Positions 8,831-16,311 of a stretch of DNA of 64,000 nt are shown here, piece by piece (position 1 is the first letter of the stretch; every line of letters begins with the position of its first letter). Source of the DNA: an uncultured Gammaproteobacteria bacterium (GTDB lineage Bacteria > Patescibacteriota > Patescibacteriia > Magasanikbacterales > UBA922); the NCBI GenBank assembly GCA_964597575.1, contig CAZQXB010000001.1, positions 842,892 to 906,891 of the forward strand, read 5' to 3'. The notes beneath the pieces were generated by a model. It saw only the letters and a program-made list of their open reading frames with translations. It was not told the DNA's origin and searched no databases. A program made the position numbers and the translations under genes.

Positions 8831-9595
8831 TTATAAAAGTCGAGCGACAAAAACCAAAAAGACTATCATGAGTATTCCATTCAAAAGCAAAAACGACAAG
8901 TGTTTCTGCCACAAAATTCCCTGACGACTGACATGAAAACGAACAAATAGTTGCAAAAGATACCACACCCAGGCAGCCAAAAACCCTGAAACAAAATAAT
9001 CAAACGGAAGCATGGTGAGTACCCATAGTAATTCTACCGCTGCAACGCCAACAACAACGAGCCAGGTAAAGAGGCCGGTAAACGTAATATCTTCATACTC
9101 GCGCCAAATCATACCGGCAGCGTAGGCGGCAAAGGCCGCCGCAAACACAGACAACAGCCACCACGGAAATGATGGGAAAAAAATGATTAGCGCAAAATGG
9201 CCGGTAAAAAAAGCATACACACTCCACGTCCACATGGCGACTAAAAATCGGCGAATACGTTTTTGTGCCGGAGGAAGAAGTGCGCCACGCACTGTGGCAA
9301 GCGCGTAAAGAAGCCCAAGCCCTCCAGCCACAAGAGCAATGGAAAGCCACGCCGCTTTATGATGATCAATTGCACTCATGAAAAGAGTTCCTGAAAGCGC
9401 AAATGAAGCTGCTAGTGGAAACACTCGACGTCGCCCGCGTGTGACTAAAAGGACATAGTCGGCAATAAATAAAAACGCGAGCCAAATTGGTAAAACCAGA
9501 GACAAAGTCAGGAGGTTCGGAAACGTTAAAAGAATCGACAGAAATATTCCTGTTACAAAGGCTACGACTGAGGCGAGCCCAACAAGAGGAATCAT
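8831..9595 (-). CDS. Polytopic integral membrane protein (about 8 TM helices), function unknown.
   Basis: Strongly hydrophobic periodic segments throughout the 254 aa. Confidence 0.45.
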   Translation of the reverse strand: MIPLVGLASVVAFVTGIFLSILLTFPNLLTLSLVLPIWLAFLFIADYVLLVTRGRRRVFPLAASFALSGTLFMSAIDHHKAAWLSIALVAGGLGLLYALATVRGALLPPAQKRIRRFLVAMWTWSVYAFFTGHFALIIFFPSFPWWLLSVFAAAFAAYAAGMIWREYEDITFTGLFTWLVVVGVAAVELLWVLTMLPFDYFVSGFLAAWVWYLLQLFVRFHVSRQGILWQKHLSFLLLNGILMIVFLVFVARLL

Positions 9596-9978
9596 AAAGG
9601 AGAAGAAACAAGCGGTGCGAGATCTTCACGGAGTGAGTCGTAACAGTCCACCGAGGAACTTTCTCTTGAGATTTTCGATAAACTGAGAAATGCTTTCAAA
9701 TGTACATCGCGTTTTTCTTTTGGGACGCGAAGTTCTTGTAAACTTTTTGTAACCGCATCAACTTGAGCACCACACGAAGATTGAGCACGAGAAGATTCAA
9801 GTGCCGACCGAACTGCGGCCTCATAAGCATCCCCCACTTCTTTTGGTGACGTGGGTGAAACACGTGGGCCGGTAACGATTTCTTTTTTGCTCATCAAAAA
9901 AACCCCTGCTCCAAGAGCAAGAACGATAACACTTACCAGAAAAAAGACCCAGGCGTATTTTGACGAATTGAGTTTCAT
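9592..9978 (-). CDS. Small membrane-anchored hypothetical protein.
   Basis: N-terminal TM (WVFFLVSVIVLALGAGVFLM). Overlaps the downstream gene by 4 nt. Confidence 0.4.
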   Translation of the reverse strand: MKLNSSKYAWVFFLVSVIVLALGAGVFLMSKKEIVTGPRVSPTSPKEVGDAYEAAVRSALESSRAQSSCGAQVDAVTKSLQELRVPKEKRDVHLKAFLSLSKISRESSSVDCYDSLREDLAPLVSSPL

Positions 9979-10040
9979 ACAGTATCGTACTTACGAGTAT
10001 ACGCAAAAAATGGACATCTGTCCAAGTCTTATCTGAAATC

Positions 10041-10481
10041 ATGCCACAGCTCGCCAAAAACAAAAAAGCCCATTTCGATTATACGATTCAGGAAACCACT
10101 GAGGCGGGCTTGAAGTTGCTTGGGCATGAAGTGAAATCGGTCCGTGACGGGCACATGAAACTCGCGGGAGCGTTTATTCATTTTCGCGGAAGTAAAGCGT
10201 TTTTGGTTGGGGCCGGTATTCCGCCGTACCCTTCAGCAGGGCCGCTCAAAGATTACGACCCAGCCCGAAGCAGAGAAATTCTTTTGCATAAAAAACAAAT
10301 TGATTATTTGCGTGGAAAAAGCGAGGAGCGAGGGTTGACAATTGTGCCTTTAGGCGTATATACTAAGGGCCGATATTTGAAGCTTGAAATTGGTGTGGCG
10401 CTTGGCAAAAAGGCCTATGATAAGCGTGAAACCATTAAGAAGCGTGACCTCGATCGCTCGATGCGACGCGGGGAAGAATGA
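10041..10481 (+). CDS. smpB: SsrA-binding protein SmpB.
   Basis: Full-length match to the SmpB family (KKAHFDYTIQETTEAGLKLLGHEVKS...GYTKGRYLKLEIGVA). tmRNA lies immediately downstream. Confidence 0.9.
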   Translation: MPQLAKNKKAHFDYTIQETTEAGLKLLGHEVKSVRDGHMKLAGAFIHFRGSKAFLVGAGIPPYPSAGPLKDYDPARSREILLHKKQIDYLRGKSEERGLTIVPLGVYTKGRYLKLEIGVALGKKAYDKRETIKKRDLDRSMRRGEE

Positions 10482-10493
10482 TCGTTACAATTT

Positions 10494-10888
10494 GGGGATG
10501 ATTGGTCTCGCTAGACGGACCAGTTATGCATATGTGCATGTCGAGGTTGCTTAACTCCTCGTAAAAAAATAAGCAATCATACGTGCAAACGTATTCCAGG
10601 GCGTGAAGAACGCAATTGCTCGCGCATTTGCCGTTCCTTCATTTGCCCCTGTTCTCGCCTAATACCGAGAACCATCGCTCCCGAGATACTCGATATCGGA
10701 TTCGCGGTGTAAACCCTTTCGAGCGTAGATGTTTGGTCGCTGGCCGACACTAAGCATTGAAGTTCTTTCGGCACAGCTTTGGTGGTTCTGTCGCCTCAAC
10801 ACACCGAAGCGCTTCTAGAGGCGGCAAAGCATGTTGACCATATCCATAACCCGCTCTACACCCGAGTTCGATTCTCGGCATCTCCACA
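10494..10888 (+). ncRNA. ssrA: Transfer-messenger RNA (ssrA).
   Basis: The 5' GGGGATG pairs with the 3' CATCTCC, including the G3-U wobble alanine identity element. The T-arm is CCGAGTTCGATTCTCGG followed by CCA-like ACA. There is a tag-ORF-like stretch ending GCCTAATA. Position is immediately 3' of smpB. Length is about 395 nt. Confidence 0.8.
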
Positions 10889-10897
10889 ATTATAAAG

Positions 10898-10919
10898 CCA
10901 CCCTCTTGGGTGGTTTTAT
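10898..10919 (+). terminator. Rho-independent terminator of ssrA (CCACCC-tctt-GGGTGG + TTTT).
   Basis: Read directly. Confidence 0.7.
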
Positions 10920-10935
10920 AATTGATTGAGTTTTG

Positions 10936-11048
10936 GCCGAGAATCGAACTGGGGAGAGTTTGGGAACCGGAAGGTTCCCACTTTTGCTGGGGGAAGGTTC
11001 TGAAGGGGTGGAAACCTCTTCCCAAGAGGAGCGACAGCGACGAGTGAG
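10936..11048 (+). repeat. Copy 1 of a structured repeat of about 115 nt. The core is TTGGGGGAAGGTT ... GAAGGGGTGGAAACC.CTTCCC ... AGGAG ... GCGACGAGTGAG. Its first 17 nt are the reverse complement of the tmRNA T-arm.
   Basis: Three-way alignment with the copies at 28797..28917 and 61073..61190. Hairpins are maintained by compensatory changes. Confidence 0.7.
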
Positions 11049-11134
11049 CATTCCTCGGCATAGCCTACAGAACTAAAAGAATCACATAAACATGCTATGA
11101 TTCTGCTAGTCATTGTCCAAATAAATATCTTAAT

Positions 11135-11845
11135 ATGAAACAAAAAATATTGACTCCTGAAATAGATGAGCCCTGTAAAGAAATTTTAAATTCTCTTATT
11201 GCACGGGGCATGGAACTAGAATGGTGTATTGATCCGGATATAGGGGGGAAGTCGCTGGTTACCTCGGAAAATACAAATGCCACCATTACCTTCCGGAATA
11301 ACGAAGAAATTACACCGGAGAGTATTCTACACGAATTACTGCACCTAGACTTGTTTACTCGGAGCTACCGTAAAATCATCGCGAAAGAAACAGAATACGA
11401 ATACGCTATTACGATCATAAATGATCTTTTTCAACACATTCTCATGGTAGAAAAAATGGAAGAGTATGGATACTTTCTAAAGAAGACAGAAGGGGCAGCT
11501 TGCGAAAAAATGATTGAACAATTTATTTCCCTAGAGGGAGGTAAATCTTCTAATACCGCAATCGACTTGGTAGTCTTAGGCTCTGCGCTTTTGGCGAGAG
11601 CGGAGTGGGCCAATACGAACAAAACAAAAATTGAAAAATTAGTTGCACACATGAAGAAGACCGAACATTACGACGTTAATTTTATTAAATCCATAGCAGA
11701 GTCTCTTCCCTCACCCAACACAGAACGGGAGGATTATCACAAACTTCAAGCAAAATGTATAAATGGTATTAACCTAGCAAACTGTGTGAACTATACCGAG
11801 TATAACCCAACCGAAGCTAACGAGAAAAAATACTATTTTGAATAG
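11135..11845 (+). CDS. Hypothetical protein (236 aa, low GC).
   Basis: Long ORF with host-like composition. No recognisable motifs. Confidence 0.4.
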   Translation: MKQKILTPEIDEPCKEILNSLIARGMELEWCIDPDIGGKSLVTSENTNATITFRNNEEITPESILHELLHLDLFTRSYRKIIAKETEYEYAITIINDLFQHILMVEKMEEYGYFLKKTEGAACEKMIEQFISLEGGKSSNTAIDLVVLGSALLARAEWANTNKTKIEKLVAHMKKTEHYDVNFIKSIAESLPSPNTEREDYHKLQAKCINGINLANCVNYTEYNPTEANEKKYYFE

Positions 11846-11978
11846 ACACTCCAGAAAATAAACACAGCGGATTAACCAAAATTAAATTTATAAAAAAACA
11901 ATACCCCACGCCGCGCGATCGCAACGTGAGGTACTCCTCATGACCAGCCGAATGCTGGCCATGCCTGATGATGTGAGT

Positions 11979-12674
11979 TCAGGCGCCGAGAGCGATGCGC
12001 GCCCGCTCCTCGTCCGCGGCCTTCTTCGCGAGGTACGCTGCCCCATGCCCGAGGTTGGTGTTGACGGACACACCATCCCGACAGAACGGACAGTCGGCCT
12101 CGGACCACGAATCGAACTTGACCGTGTGGAGCGCGGAGAACGCAGGAAGCTCGAGCATCTCGGCGGTGATACCACCGCGATTGATGATCGCGACCGCACC
12201 GAGCACCTTGCCTCCAGCATCCCGAATGGCTTGAGCCACCTTGCGGATCGTACCGCCGGTCGTGGCCACGTCTTCGACGATGAGCACCCCCTGCCCCCGA
12301 ACCAGCTCATCGTAGCCGCGCTTCAGCGCGAAGTTGTCCGTGCCGTCGACCTTCTCCGCGAAGCCCCACTTCACCGAGTCTGCCGCCGCATTCATCCGCG
12401 TGATCTGCAGAGCCAGGGTGTACGCGAGAACCGGCGCAGCCACAGCCGCTCCGATGACGGCCTGAACGCGCTTGTCCTTCCAGGCACGGGCCGGATCACC
12501 GAACATGTCGTACAGGATCTCGGGATCCGGGTACAGCGCGTTCTTGTTGATGTAGAGATCCCCATGCTTGCCCGAGGCGTACACGAAGTGCCCGCTCGAG
12601 ATCGCACGACGCTGCTCGAGCAAGGCGGCGACTCCCACGATTTCTTCTCCTCTGAACTGACCTGAATCGACCAT
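11979..12674 (-). CDS. Type I phosphoribosyltransferase, orotate-PRTase-like, with a C-terminal Cys-containing extension.
   Basis: PRPP-binding motif VLIVEDVATTGGTI, and an N-terminal GHFVYASGKHGDLYIN resembling the OPRT hood. Strong RBS AAGGAGGA. About 62% GC, flanked by low-GC DNA. The plus-strand ORF 11940..12665 is a shadow. Confidence 0.6.
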   Translation of the reverse strand: MVDSGQFRGEEIVGVAALLEQRRAISSGHFVYASGKHGDLYINKNALYPDPEILYDMFGDPARAWKDKRVQAVIGAAVAAPVLAYTLALQITRMNAAADSVKWGFAEKVDGTDNFALKRGYDELVRGQGVLIVEDVATTGGTIRKVAQAIRDAGGKVLGAVAIINRGGITAEMLELPAFSALHTVKFDSWSEADCPFCRDGVSVNTNLGHGAAYLAKKAADEERARIALGA

Positions 12675-12725
12675 TGTTGTATGGTCCTCCTTGCGGCTGA
12701 CCCTACCACATTTTTCGTCTCATGT

Positions 12726-13736
12726 CTACCCCTCCCACAAATCTCGAAGGATTTTTCGATATAACTGCTCAACAAGCATTTTTTCAGATTTTCCAATCAT
12801 AGAAAAATGGTGTAGCTGCGGGGCTGGGTTTACCTCAAGCACACACCAAGTACTCTCTTTCCGTGGCCGAGTAATCTCACCTTGAATAAGGAAATCAATT
12901 CCAACCAATGTGAGCCCCACATCATTTGCAAGTTGTTTTGCAATTGTGCGCCAAGTTGGGTGAATGAATTTGGTAACGTTTTTTCCCTCACCCCCAGTCG
13001 ACAAGTTCGCATTTGGTAATAGCGCCAGCTCAGTATATCGAGGCAAAATACTGCGAAAAGAATACCCGCTCGCGAGCACCTCTCTTTTTATTCTTTCATC
13101 ATGAATCGTTACACGAACTTTTCTGCCATGAATATTGAAATTTTTTAATTTCTTTTGAATAAGAGCGTGGATAGTATTTTTTCCATCTCCCACAATACCA
13201 AGTGGCACACGTTCATACGCGGCAATCACATCCCCTTTATAAACTACTACTCGGTAATCACGCCCGGACATGACGCGCTGCACCAAAAACACACGATCAA
13301 GCGCGCAGACTTCTTTTACGGCTTTCAAAAATTCTTGTTTGGTGCGCACTTTCGCAACACCAATCCCCTCACTTTTACTATTTGGTTTTACAATCACCGG
13401 AAAACCGAGTGTTTTCGCATAGGTATACGCGGCCAGAATACTTCTCTTTTTTTCCCCAATGGCTTTGGCCCAGGCTGGTGAATAAAACTCCTTGCCAACC
13501 GGTACAGGGTATTTCATTTTTTCTAAAAAATAACTCGAATACGCTTTGTCAGACGCAATTGCCTTCGATCCTGCACCATTCACATCAAACAAACCGAGTC
13601 GAAGATATCGGCGCTGACCGCTCTTTGTTGCAATCGAAGCCACATAGCCGTACCCGGGTTCGGGAAAAAAAGGAACCCCCTCTTGTTTCGCCAGACGAGC
13701 GAGAAGTTTAAGCAGATGCGGGTGGTGTTCCGACAT
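12726..13736 (-). CDS. ATP-grasp domain protein (RimK / cyanophycin-synthetase-like ligase).
   Basis: ATP-grasp signatures (FPVIVKPNSKSEGIGV ... RDYRVVVYKGDVIAAYER ... CVLEVNPAP). Start set at MSEHHPH to avoid overlap with the divergent gene. Confidence 0.55.
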   Translation of the reverse strand: MSEHHPHLLKLLARLAKQEGVPFFPEPGYGYVASIATKSGQRRYLRLGLFDVNGAGSKAIASDKAYSSYFLEKMKYPVPVGKEFYSPAWAKAIGEKKRSILAAYTYAKTLGFPVIVKPNSKSEGIGVAKVRTKQEFLKAVKEVCALDRVFLVQRVMSGRDYRVVVYKGDVIAAYERVPLGIVGDGKNTIHALIQKKLKNFNIHGRKVRVTIHDERIKREVLASGYSFRSILPRYTELALLPNANLSTGGEGKNVTKFIHPTWRTIAKQLANDVGLTLVGIDFLIQGEITRPRKESTWCVLEVNPAPQLHHFSMIGKSEKMLVEQLYRKILRDLWEG

Positions 13737-13797
13737 ACGAATCAACAAAGCAAAAACCGAGGAATGGAGTATAATGCACCTGTTGTACCCTTTCTTT

Positions 13798-14256
13798 ATG
13801 CCAATTGTCAAAACGACTGAAGAACTGCTGCGACACTTTCCACCAATTGATGCGGTACTTGCATATCAGCCGCTTTCTGATGAACCAGACATAACAGCGT
13901 TTCTTTTCGACCTCCCAAAAAATATCTCTATTTTGAATACGCCACAAACAAAAACTGATGACCCTTTCTTATTTGCCGAATCTCTTCTTAAAAAATACGA
14001 TCAGAAAACACTCCTTCTTTTTATTCCCGGACAAAAATTTGATGCACACGGCACTCGACATGGCCGCGGTGGCGGTTGGTACGATCGATTTTTGTCGGGT
14101 GTGCCAAAACAATGGATTCGTGTGGGGGTTTTAACATCGTCACAATTTTCTTCCACCCCACTTTTAAAAGAGCCCTGGGATGAGGCGATGGACCATCTTT
14201 TTTTAGATGAAAAAAACGAATGGAACCTCATTGACACGAAGCAGAAAAACTGTTAG
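13798..14256 (+). CDS. 5-formyltetrahydrofolate cyclo-ligase (MTHFS family).
   Basis: GRGGGWYDRFL motif and size. Confidence 0.6.
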   Translation: MPIVKTTEELLRHFPPIDAVLAYQPLSDEPDITAFLFDLPKNISILNTPQTKTDDPFLFAESLLKKYDQKTLLLFIPGQKFDAHGTRHGRGGGWYDRFLSGVPKQWIRVGVLTSSQFSSTPLLKEPWDEAMDHLFLDEKNEWNLIDTKQKNC

Positions 14257-14451
14257 CGTTCGACACAGAAAGGAGGGCGCATGAAGACGCTCTTTGTGGA
14301 TGGAACCAAAAAAACCTCACGCACTCCCCACCCCCCTGACACACCTGCTCGTGGGGATCTTCTTTTTTAGAGTTCATTAAACACTTGCCAAAACAAGATT
14401 TTGTGGTATACTGAGCCACAACTTACACCTTCTTCTTTTTTCTTTTACACT

Positions 14452-15000
14452 ATGCGCATTTCTCGTAAAAAACGTCCGGATAAAGCCCTCATTTTGGACT
14501 ACCGCAAAAATGAAGGGATTATCGTTCCCGAAGTACGTTTAATTGACCTTGAAGGAAATAACTTAGGGGTGGTGCCCACTTCTGAAGCCATCGAACGGGC
14601 CCGTGCACTTGAGATGGATTTGGTCGAAATTAACCCAAAAGCCAACCCTCCCGTTGCCCAAATTCACAACTTTTCTCACTTTAAATATCAGAAGGAGAAG
14701 GAAGTACGTAAGCAACGTACGAATTCTCATGTCAGCGATATTAAAGGGATCCGCCTATCGATCCGTATTGGCGAGCACGATCTGAATATCCGCCGCGAAC
14801 AGGCCAAAAAGTTCTTGGAACGTGGGGATAAAGTAAAAGCCGAAATCATCCTCCGTGGACGGGAAAATGCGAAGGCAAATATCGCCTTTGATGTGATCAA
14901 GGAGTTCTTTGCCGGGCTCGACGCCATGATTCCGGTTCGCTACGAAGAAGAGGCCAAACGGAATGCCAATAAGGTAACCGCCATTATTATCCGCAGATAA
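14452..15000 (+). CDS. infC: Translation initiation factor IF-3.
   Basis: IF-3 N- and C-domain similarity (EVRLIDLEGNNLGVV ... DLVEINPKANPPV ... KGIRLSIRIGEHD). The infC-rpmI-rplT gene order is conserved. Confidence 0.85.
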   Translation: MRISRKKRPDKALILDYRKNEGIIVPEVRLIDLEGNNLGVVPTSEAIERARALEMDLVEINPKANPPVAQIHNFSHFKYQKEKEVRKQRTNSHVSDIKGIRLSIRIGEHDLNIRREQAKKFLERGDKVKAEIILRGRENAKANIAFDVIKEFFAGLDAMIPVRYEEEAKRNANKVTAIIIRR

Positions 15001-15054
15001 CCCTTGACGAAGGACGATTCCTTTGCTATACTCACCCCACTTGTTTAGCGATTT

Positions 15055-15273
15055 ATGCCGAAACTCAAAACCCGTAAAGCCATGAAGAAACGTATTGACC
15101 TTCGTGTTACGAAGAAAAAAGGGGTCAAAAAGGTTCTCATGTTGAAGCGCAAAGAAGGGCAAAACCACTTCAATGCCAAAGAATCAGGGAATACACGTCG
15201 CAACAAACGAAACGACGTGAATATTCACTCGATGTATAAAAAAGTGGTGCTTCGCGCCATGCCACACGAATAA
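15055..15273 (+). CDS. rpmI: 50S ribosomal protein L35.
   Basis: MPKLKTRKAMKKR... signature. Confidence 0.85.
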   Translation: MPKLKTRKAMKKRIDLRVTKKKGVKKVLMLKRKEGQNHFNAKESGNTRRNKRNDVNIHSMYKKVVLRAMPHE

Positions 15274-15285
15274 TTTGACACTTCT

Positions 15286-15630
15286 ATGCCACGCGTGAAA
15301 CGAGGCGTCCATCACAGCAAACGCCGCAGAAATATAATGCAAAAGGTAAAAGGCTTTGAAGGCGGTCGCAAGAATTTAATCAAACTTGCACAAACTGCCA
15401 TCAAAAAAGCTGGTGCTCACGCTTTCCGTGATCGCCGTGCCAAAAAGCGCACCTTCCGTGCCCTCTGGCAAATTCGTATCAATGCGGCCATTCGCCCATT
15501 TGGTATGAGCTACAGCGTATTTATGGGAGCCCTCAAGAAAAAAGGCATTACCATTGATCGCAAAGTGCTTTCAGAGCTCGGAGCAAAAATGCCACATGTT
15601 TTTGCCGAGATCGTCAAAGCAGCGAAATAA
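15286..15630 (+). CDS. rplT: 50S ribosomal protein L20.
   Basis: MPRVKRGVHHSKRRRNI ... full-length L20 similarity. Confidence 0.9.
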   Translation: MPRVKRGVHHSKRRRNIMQKVKGFEGGRKNLIKLAQTAIKKAGAHAFRDRRAKKRTFRALWQIRINAAIRPFGMSYSVFMGALKKKGITIDRKVLSELGAKMPHVFAEIVKAAK

Positions 15631-15648
15631 CTTCTCATCAAAAACAAG

Positions 15649-15684
15649 AACCGCTTCAGTGAAATACTGAGGCGGTTTTGTTTG
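15649..15684 (+). terminator. Terminator of the infC-rpmI-rplT operon (CCGCTTCAG-tgaaata-CTGAGGCGG + TTTT).
   Basis: Read directly. Confidence 0.65.
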
Positions 15685-15823
15685 CGCTATAATTACTGGA
15701 GCCAGGAAGGCCCCGTCGTTGCGCGGCTTTCTTTGTTTCCAGGGGAATAGGCGCAAAAACCTTTTATTGTAAAATAAAAGGTGTACTATACAGGTGTACT
15801 GTATAGTTATCCACAGTTATACA

Positions 15824-15852
15824 TTGACAAAACGAGAAAAAGGGCGTATACT
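15824..15852 (+). promoter_or_regulatory. Consensus sigma70-type promoter: TTGACA, 17-nt spacer, TATACT.
   Basis: Exact hexamers and spacing read directly. A long imperfect hairpin leader (about 15865-15925) follows, with a CCCCTCCTT loop. Confidence 0.6.
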
Positions 15853-16049
15853 AGCATCTATTAGATAAGGATCTTTCAAGTGTTTGGTGCAGGCTGGAGT
15901 GGCCCCTCCTTCACTCCACATGCCAGCGCCGAACACTTAAAGGGTCTTTGACAAAGACCAATGACTTCTGTGACAACCTCTATCCAGCACACGCTGGATT
16001 TTGTGTTTTACGGGTAAAACGTAGGGCTTTTGGCCACAGGTTATCCATA

Positions 16050-16078
16050 TTGACAACTGAGGCCTACTTCGGTATACT
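16050..16078 (+). promoter_or_regulatory. Second consensus promoter: TTGACA, 17-nt spacer, TATACT.
   Basis: Exact hexamers read directly. It lies upstream of a small basic ORF and tRNA-Asp. Confidence 0.55.
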
Positions 16079-16103
16079 GAGCCCATATTTGATTCCCCTA
16101 CCT

Positions 16104-16223
16104 ATGGGCATGCGTAAAAAAATGCGAAACAAAATGAAAGCTGACTGGAAAGTCGCGAAAATTCATCGTGACAAAAATAAGCTGAAACGCCTCAAAAAGG
16201 CAGCAGCTGCAAAAGCGGCGTAA
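16104..16223 (+). CDS. Candidate small, highly basic protein of 39 aa (MGMRKKMRNKMKADWKVAKIHRDKNKLKRLKKAAAAKAA).
   Basis: It is the 3' part of track ORF 15948..16223. The longer ORF spans the second promoter and is therefore unlikely in full. The composition is ribosomal-protein-like, with a hairpin after the stop. Confidence 0.3.
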   Translation: MGMRKKMRNKMKADWKVAKIHRDKNKLKRLKKAAAAKAA

Positions 16224-16237
16224 GAACCGCTTCTTAC

Positions 16238-16311
16238 GGGCTGGTAGTTCAACTGGTTAGAGCACTGCCCTGTCACGGCAGAAGTTGCGGGTTCGAACCC
16301 CGTCCAGCCCG
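16238..16311 (+). tRNA. tRNA-Asp (GTC).
   Basis: Cloverleaf folded by hand: acceptor GGGCTGG/CCAGCCC, anticodon loop CTGTCAC, T-arm GCGGGTTCGAACCCCGT, discriminator G. Confidence 0.85.

Noticed and set aside
10960-10980. CCGGAAGG motif in the repeat, resembling the SRP RNA helix 8 apical loop.
   Set aside because: The surrounding sequence lacks the rest of the SRP domain IV consensus. Three copies of SRP RNA would be implausible.
10577-11143. Three minus-strand ORFs (65-103 aa) overlapping the tmRNA and repeat copy 1.
   Set aside because: They lie inside a confidently identified tmRNA and a noncoding repeat. They have no start context.
11940-12665. Plus-strand ORF of 241 aa overlapping the PRTase gene.
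   Set aside because: Antisense shadow. The minus frame carries PRTase motifs and an RBS.
15700-15760. Sequence CTGGAGCCAGGAAGGCCCCGTCGTTGCGCGGCTTTCTTTGTTTCCAGG downstream of rplT, considered as a small SRP or 4.5S RNA.
   Set aside because: Helix pairing is poor and the conserved GGAAGCAGCCA-type motif is absent. It was left unannotated.
15948-16223. 91-aa ORF upstream of tRNA-Asp.
   Set aside because: Its middle spans a perfect TTGACA-17-TATACT promoter. Only the 3' 39-aa portion downstream of that promoter is retained as a candidate.
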